Source: an uncultured virus (IMG/VR IMGVR_UViG_3300027360_000001)
Lineage: Duplodnaviria; Heunggongvirae; Uroviricota; Caudoviricetes
Virus record (IMG/VR): IMGVR_UViG_3300027360_000001
Reading direction: 5' to 3' (one strand)
DNA length: 20,000 nt
Shown here: positions 14,607 through 20,000 of the stretch, piece by piece
Layout of the letters: every line of letters begins with the position of its first letter
Numbering within the stretch: position 1 is the stretch's first letter
Position numbers and translations under genes: made by a program
Notes under the pieces: generated by a model
Told to the model about the DNA's origin: nothing
What the model saw: only the letters and a program-made list of their open reading frames with translations
Databases searched by the model: none

Positions 14607-15524
14607 TCATTTCGCCTCGGTATACGTTAATCCGTATCCGCGTCCTTGTAACTCGACAACCAACTGCGCTGTACGCGGGTGTGTCGTGTGAATCACGAAT
14701 TTATACGGATCCCCCTCCGATGGCTTCTCGTTCGGTCCGTACGTTTTGAACGCAACACCCTCGCATTTGAAGCCGCGATTCTCGAATTCGATTACGAGAG
14801 CCTTCGCTTGCCAAAACGCTGTATTCGGGATGACTACGTCGTACGGCATGTTGTCCTTAAGAGCCGCCATCGTAGCAGGCCCTACTACTCCGTCCACTTC
14901 TAAACTGTTATCCGATTGAAATTTACGAACTTGAGCGTCAGTCTTATCGCCGAATTCCCCGTCAACTTCGCCCACATCGTACCCTGCTTTGTTGAGTAAC
15001 GTTTGAAGTTCCTTCACAGCGTCTCCGCTATCGCTTTTCTCGAGATACCCTTTATTGGATACAGGCGCAGAAGCTGCCGACGTGTACGGTTTGATTTTCT
15101 CGCCTTCTACTACGTTATATAACTCGAAATGCGGATAGTCTTTGAACGATTTCCAGTCGCCGCCCCATTCGAAGCCCCTCGCTTTCATCGCGGCTACGAC
15201 TTTTTTGAACTCCGCGTTTACCTCCCAAACCACATCGGAGCCGTCCGCGTTATACAAGCAAAGGTCGACCGCCACGCCGAAATTGTGATTCGATTGTCCG
15301 CCCTTCGCGTTCGTCACGACCTTACCTGACGTTGTTCTGCCTTGTGCGTATAGAGCGTTCTGTTCCGCAATAGAGCGATACCCTTGCGCTACGCATACGT
15401 AGATGCCTTGCGCGTGCATCTCCGCAATAACCTGGCGCGTTTTCTCCGCTGTCTCTACGTTCATGCCCGCATCGGATAGCTTGCGGTTCGCTTTCGTCAG
15501 TAAAGATTCGAGTGTCATCGCCAT
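14607..15524 (-). CDS. Endolysin: M15 L-Ala-D-Glu peptidase + PG_binding_1 + an extra C-terminal domain
   Basis: GYRSIAEQNALYAQGRT, SNHNFGVAVD and DYPHFE; binding motif GDAVKELQTLL...DGEFGDKT...FQ...DGVVGPAT. Confidence 0.93.
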   Translation of the reverse strand: MAMTLESLLTKANRKLSDAGMNVETAEKTRQVIAEMHAQGIYVCVAQGYRSIAEQNALYAQGRTTSGKVVTNAKGGQSNHNFGVAVDLCLYNADGSDVVWEVNAEFKKVVAAMKARGFEWGGDWKSFKDYPHFELYNVVEGEKIKPYTSAASAPVSNKGYLEKSDSGDAVKELQTLLNKAGYDVGEVDGEFGDKTDAQVRKFQSDNSLEVDGVVGPATMAALKDNMPYDVVIPNTAFWQAKALVIEFENRGFKCEGVAFKTYGPNEKPSEGDPYKFVIHTTHPRTAQLVVELQGRGYGLTYTEAK

Positions 15525-15736
15525 TAGATGCCGCCTCCTTTGTTGTCGTCGCTAAACCCTTTCGTATCCGTGTCCGGGTTATTCACGATACCCAAGAGCA
15601 CGGCAATTTCGAGCACGCGATCGATTATTTGATTCCATACGCCCAGGTCGACGTCGACGCCGCTCGACTTCAGCGATAGTAAAAACAACGAAGCGACAGA
15701 TACCCACAGGCCGTAGTTTTTTAGTCGATTGTTCAT
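15524..15736 (-). CDS. Holin
   Basis: 70 aa, two hydrophobic segments, RLKNYGLWVS...LGIVNNP; TAATG coupling to the endolysin. Confidence 0.88.
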   Translation of the reverse strand: MNNRLKNYGLWVSVASLFLLSLKSSGVDVDLGVWNQIIDRVLEIAVLLGIVNNPDTDTKGFSDDNKGGGI

Positions 15737-15754
15737 CGTAATGCCTCCTTCGTA

Positions 15755-16093
15755 TTACTTAAAATAAGCGACGAGCAGCGATAAAGCAGCCACCGCGATA
15801 CCCACCCACGATGACACTTGCGCCGCGCTCGCCCGCTTGTCGTTTTGCTGGTCGGTTTGTATAGCGGTTATCTCACCACGCACCGCCTTAATCTCATCGC
15901 GTAATTCCTTCAATTCTCCCCGAGTTTCTTGAATGTCCTGATCACGACTTCGAAACATCTCCGTGGCTTCGTTACGAGTTAAGAAATTGGTCGACCACGT
16001 ATCTAACTTCGCCTCCATACGAATAACAACGGCATTCATCTGCTCCACGTGCGCCTCCATCTTCGCCAATCTCTCGTAATCCTTCGGGTCCAT
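15755..16093 (-). CDS. XhlA-like lysis accessory protein (coiled coil + C-terminal TM)
   Basis: Start reassigned to ATG 16093 after AAAGGAGGTG; coiled coil then WVGIAVAALSLLVAYF; precedes the holin. Confidence 0.7.
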   Translation of the reverse strand: MDPKDYERLAKMEAHVEQMNAVVIRMEAKLDTWSTNFLTRNEATEMFRSRDQDIQETRGELKELRDEIKAVRGEITAIQTDQQNDKRASAAQVSSWVGIAVAALSLLVAYFK

Positions 16094-16121
16094 GACGCAC
16101 CTCCTTTCGTATATGAACACG

Positions 16122-16148
16122 AAAAAGACACGCTGATTTAGCGTGCCT
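16122..16148 (-). terminator. Intrinsic terminator between the tail spike and the lysis cassette
   Basis: GGCACGCT-AAATC-AGCGTGTC followed by TTTTT. Confidence 0.75.
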
Positions 16149-16153
16149 ATTCG

Positions 16154-18355
16154 TTAGTACAACAATTGAACGGTTCCGGTGCTGTCCTTGAATTTCAGCT
16201 TATTATCTGCGGAATCGATAAACAGTTGCCCGTTCGCAGCAGAGGCGGCGGTCATTGCTGTTAATCCCAACGCTATTACCGTCTTCGTGCCTGCGTTATC
16301 GTATGTGCTAGGCGTGTTTCCTTCGAGTATCGCCCCGTTCGTAATGTCCGTCGAGAGCGTTCCGGAGAACGAAAGCTCCGCTGTGGACCCGTTAGATTTA
16401 ACAACGTTCTGGAACATACGTAGTGCCGAAGATGACCTAAGCTGAATACCGTTTGTAGCATACCCTTCGATTTCGTTGGCTTCGACTCGGTAAAAACGCG
16501 TCGGCGCTTGGCTTCCGTAAATACCGCGATCAAACGAACCTCTAATCCGACAGTTCCGAACGCTTAGGTCTGTTGGCGCTGTTACCTCTGCTACACGAAG
16601 CGCCCCCGCTAGCCCGCCGTTAGGTGTGACTGTAACGCTGCTATCGAGGCCATCCACATCGATAATTCCTTGCGCGTCAATGTGTACGATTGCATTGCCT
16701 CGGATTTTCACGTTTTTCACGTAGATGTCTTTCGGCAAAGCGACTGCGGTGGCCCCGTCCGCCATTTCAGCACGGCATAATATCGCGTACAGAAACGTGC
16801 CTGACCCGTAGTTTTCGATAGTGCCGCCTTCGATACGGAAGTCCTCCGCGCCCCTTGCTACGCCTACCGCGTATTTGTTATTCGTGCGGATATGCGGATT
16901 AATAACGCGCATACCTTTCGAGTACGTCTTCATGCCGATTGCGATGCCCTCGCCGCGATATGTCGGATTGATAATCGTGTAATCGTAGTCCGCGTTAAAA
17001 TCTTGGTTCCCCATCGCCCAGCCTTCCGAGTTGCTGTCCACGCCGACCACCGTGTCGTCCACGCTTTTCGCCCGTTTAGACCCCAATCCGTGCGTGTAAA
17101 AGCTGACGCCATACGGGTACAGGCTGTAGTTCTTCGAGGACACCCCGTCATATGAACGCGACCAGTCGACTAAGTGGCGAACGTGCTTACCGAAGTTGCC
17201 TTCGAAAACGCCTCCCGAGCTGTTATCGAGCTTAATCATATACCCGTGACCGCCCGACTGAGGACGGAAAGGATCGTACGCCTGATTGTTCCGAGCGATC
17301 GGCTGAATGCAACGATGAAAGTTAATCGCGTGAAGCTGCCATCTATCGAAAATACAACGCTCTACTTTCGGCTCAAAGCAATATTGGAACTGCAGAATAT
17401 GCGGATCGCCTGCGTTCGCAGTGGATGACGCACTGCCTGGGTCGACCTCGGTAATCTTAGCGAACCCGCGCACCGTAGGCTGTTTTAATACCTTCGTAAT
17501 TTTTTGGATAGTAGGCGTGGTGTCGTACGTCCATTCAAGCGGCCTTGCCAGTGTGAGCGTATCAGTGCTTACCGCCGTTACCAGGTTAACCTCCCAACGC
17601 CCCGTATACGTAAACCCCGTACCGTCCCACGAAGGAGTTTGTTTACTGTCGCCAATAACGACATAATCTCCGTTCGCAAAGTTTGAGCCATCCCCAGTAG
17701 TAAGCGCAATCTGCGTCGCCCGTTCGTTAATCGTAGCGGGAATATTGTACGACGTGCCGAGCGTTCCTTTAAACCAAATCGCAGGCGCACCGGTTACTCC
17801 GCTTGTCGTCGGGTCAACGGTAGCGGTTGCGCCGTTCCCGTTAAGGTCGAGCGACTTCGTAGCGACAAGGTTAGACCACGTATATGAAACGCTCGGGTCG
17901 AAAATAAGTTCCGCGTATTCTACCGCCGCGTCAATCGCACGCTGAATCCGTGCCGTGTCGTCCGTCTCGGCGCCTAGCCTCGGGTACTTTTCGATGTATA
18001 CCTTGCTTTTGTCTACAGCCGCAAGTTTATCGTAATTTTCGTTAATAGCGGCTTTTATCGTCTGTGCTACCGTCTTCAGCGTGTCAGAGCCGATTGCGCT
18101 CGCATTCGCTGTCGCCTTTGCGTCCGCTGTCTGTGTCGCCGTGTCTGCGAGATCAAGCCTCGTCCGCAGGGTGGGCTCCCCACCGCGAGCGTCCACGACC
18201 TCGGCACTCGAATCGCCTGCGCTTACCACGATGTTGTTAATTCGAGAATCCTGCGCGTTCAGTTCCGTCTCAATATCCGTAAAGTTCGCGTTTAAATCAT
18301 TGCGCCATGCCCGATTCAACCACGTACCGAGCTGGCGGAGTATTATGTTTGCCAT
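16154..18355 (-). CDS. Tail spike / receptor-binding protein with a beta-helix domain
   Basis: Virion-anchor-type N terminus (RNDLNANF...SAEVVDARG...TLRTRLD), DDTARIQRAIDAA cap and beta-helix rungs; last tail gene. Confidence 0.85.
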   Translation of the reverse strand: MANIILRQLGTWLNRAWRNDLNANFTDIETELNAQDSRINNIVVSAGDSSAEVVDARGGEPTLRTRLDLADTATQTADAKATANASAIGSDTLKTVAQTIKAAINENYDKLAAVDKSKVYIEKYPRLGAETDDTARIQRAIDAAVEYAELIFDPSVSYTWSNLVATKSLDLNGNGATATVDPTTSGVTGAPAIWFKGTLGTSYNIPATINERATQIALTTGDGSNFANGDYVVIGDSKQTPSWDGTGFTYTGRWEVNLVTAVSTDTLTLARPLEWTYDTTPTIQKITKVLKQPTVRGFAKITEVDPGSASSTANAGDPHILQFQYCFEPKVERCIFDRWQLHAINFHRCIQPIARNNQAYDPFRPQSGGHGYMIKLDNSSGGVFEGNFGKHVRHLVDWSRSYDGVSSKNYSLYPYGVSFYTHGLGSKRAKSVDDTVVGVDSNSEGWAMGNQDFNADYDYTIINPTYRGEGIAIGMKTYSKGMRVINPHIRTNNKYAVGVARGAEDFRIEGGTIENYGSGTFLYAILCRAEMADGATAVALPKDIYVKNVKIRGNAIVHIDAQGIIDVDGLDSSVTVTPNGGLAGALRVAEVTAPTDLSVRNCRIRGSFDRGIYGSQAPTRFYRVEANEIEGYATNGIQLRSSSALRMFQNVVKSNGSTAELSFSGTLSTDITNGAILEGNTPSTYDNAGTKTVIALGLTAMTAASAANGQLFIDSADNKLKFKDSTGTVQLLY

Positions 18356-18358
18356 CCG

Positions 18359-18550
18359 TTATCCCTCCGTTAAAACAAGTTCCCGATTTACTACGCGATA
18401 CCTCGGGATATTCAGCGTCACCGTTTCGATATCGGCGTTCGTCAAGTAAAAGAAATAGTCGAATTGTCTATCGGGTATCACGCGAGCGCCGAGGAGGGAT
18501 TCGACGATAGCCCCTGTTCCGTCAACGTTGCAATATAGTTGAATGTTCAT
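18359..18550 (-). CDS. Small tail-associated hypothetical protein (63 aa)
   Basis: RBS GGAGGG; tightly packed between two tail genes. Confidence 0.75.
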   Translation of the reverse strand: MNIQLYCNVDGTGAIVESLLGARVIPDRQFDYFFYLTNADIETVTLNIPRYRVVNRELVLTEG

Positions 18551-18551
18551 T

Positions 18552-20000
18552 TTATCCCTCCTGCAAAATGTAAAGAATTCGCCCGTACACGTTGTAGCTC
18601 GCGGTGCTGCTGAACATTCGGAGATACACCGTTTTAAGGTCTCCGGTAGGCGTCCCGAGGTCCATCGTGATATCCTTTATCCACCCTTGCCCCTCTGCCG
18701 TATTCGGACGATTCTCCGTTACGGTTGCGAGCGTATCGGTATCCGTATCGAACGCCATCGTTCCTGTGGCGCCTCCATCCGTATACATAGCGAGTTTAGC
18801 GACAAGGTAACGGCTTTCGTGCTTAAACGTGTACGCCTGTACGTTTTCGAATCGGTTAGTCGTTGCGCCCGCATACCACGAACCCGTCTTCGTCACGCCC
18901 GCCGTTTGGAACGGAGGCTCGGCGCCCTGTATATTAAACCCGTGCTGCATGATTCCGTTGTCGACGACTTTGAATCCGTCAGGGCGTTCGATAGTCATGG
19001 CGCCCTTTGCGATATACAACCCGTCTTGGTTGAGTTTCACGAACTTATTCGGGTCGGCTACCGAGATGGCTTGTAGTGCGTTTCCGTCCCAATAAAAAAG
19101 ACCGTCTTCGCCGACGATCTGAACGTTGTTCGTTTTGATTTGGCCAGCGGTAAGCAGTTCCGTGTTTACCCCGTCAGCCGTTATCGCATTCGGGAACGTA
19201 ACGCCTCCGTCTGTTGTTACGCCAATACCACTCGAACGAAACACGACGAATCGATTCGGGTCGAGCGGATCTCGCGCAAGAATCCCCATGTTTGGCGGGT
19301 ACTCGAGCTCGGTTAGCGAGTTGTTCAGCGCTTCAGTTGCCCGCTTGGTCGCTTCGTCGAGCACGTCGTATCGAATCGTCTTGCTCTCGCGGTCGTATAT
19401 TTCGTCCATGAGGCGCTTGGCGTACTCGAATGTCACGTCGACGTATGTCTTTCGCAAGTTTGCGAGCGTGAATTTCGGCGCCAGTGTGCTCTCCGGATAG
19501 TCGACGATTTCTAGCACGCGAAGGTCGAGGTCGATGCCGAGCGGTTCGTAGATTGTCGGGACCGTATCGCCTAGCTCTGGCGACTGACCGAGTTCGGCAA
19601 TATCGAGCGTAATCGAAACCGCTGGCGTGTCGACAAGCGCCGCCTGCATGTGCGCATTAAGCGTATCGATATCCGTAATGCGGTCGTCGTAGATTGGCTC
19701 GGCGTGGCGCGTTCCGTAGATGGCCGCCATCGGCGATGTGTACTCGCCGCTTACTACGTACGTTCCGTCGTCGTTCTTCTTACCGTATCCCTTTATATAC
19801 GTACTCAGGCTATCCGTATCGACCTTACGGTTCAGCGTTTTGACGTTGTGGTTATAGCGAAATTGCTCCGTTGACGTTGCGCCGATCTGCTCGCGGATAA
19901 CCACGTTGTTTCCGTTTATTTCGTACTCGGCTTCGAATCTCTCGAGCGCGTTCTTGAATAGCGCTAGGCAATTATCCTTGCCGAATTTCTCGAATGTCAG
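18552..20000 (-). CDS. Phage tail protein (prophage tail endopeptidase / Tal-like), 5'-truncated
   Basis: The frame stays open to the window edge (LTFEKFGKDNCLALFKNALERFEAEY...). Motifs TYIKGYGK, YTSPMAAIYG and GIGVTTDGGVTFPNAITADG. Confidence 0.85.
   Translation of the reverse strand: MTFEKFGKDNCLALFKNALERFEAEYEINGNNVVIREQIGATSTEQFRYNHNVKTLNRKVDTDSLSTYIKGYGKKNDDGTYVVSGEYTSPMAAIYGTRHAEPIYDDRITDIDTLNAHMQAALVDTPAVSITLDIAELGQSPELGDTVPTIYEPLGIDLDLRVLEIVDYPESTLAPKFTLANLRKTYVDVTFEYAKRLMDEIYDRESKTIRYDVLDEATKRATEALNNSLTELEYPPNMGILARDPLDPNRFVVFRSSGIGVTTDGGVTFPNAITADGVNTELLTAGQIKTNNVQIVGEDGLFYWDGNALQAISVADPNKFVKLNQDGLYIAKGAMTIERPDGFKVVDNGIMQHGFNIQGAEPPFQTAGVTKTGSWYAGATTNRFENVQAYTFKHESRYLVAKLAMYTDGGATGTMAFDTDTDTLATVTENRPNTAEGQGWIKDITMDLGTPTGDLKTVYLRMFSSTASYNVYGRILYILQEG

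Noticed and set aside
97..19874. Many plus-strand and alternate-frame ORFs in the track (e.g. 2437-2919, 4067-4585, 8063-8887, 14198-14749, 18543-19076)
   Set aside because: They overlap well-supported minus-strand genes and have no RBS or recognisable motif, so they are shadow ORFs.

Overview
The window is part of a tailed phage or prophage of a Bacillus-like Firmicute. All genes but one are on the minus strand. Read from 20000 to 1, there are four blocks. (1) Tail: tail protein, small protein and beta-helix tail spike, then a terminator. (2) Lysis and post-lysis: XhlA-like protein, holin, M15 peptidase endolysin, an 80-aa protein and a second, AT-rich beta-helix protein. (3) Accessory region: a plus-strand membrane-anchored moron, a membrane-anchored Mrr-like nuclease, about 800 bp of structured non-coding DNA, and an operon of 2-TM protein, unknown ORF, FtsK/SpoIIIE-like ATPase and replication-relaxation (wHTH + PD-(D/E)XK) protein. 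(4) Replication: initiator-like protein, HNH endonuclease, DnaC/IstB-like loader, DnaB-like helicase, primase, phage sigma-like factor, small ORFs and a gp32-like SSB ending in a host-type PIDISDDDLP(F) tail. No integrase or repressor is visible. The most unusual part is the accessory region. Its non-coding DNA holds three perfect co-oriented DnaA boxes, a promoter-to-terminator unit of about 95 nt (candidate sRNA), a tandem ~12-bp repeat array and long hairpins, all upstream of what looks like a split FtsK/TraB-type DNA translocase with a nuclease. A bipartite motif repeated at 2400-2454 and 7761-7815 is a candidate promoter for the phage sigma factor. All calls come from reading motifs by eye; no searches were run.
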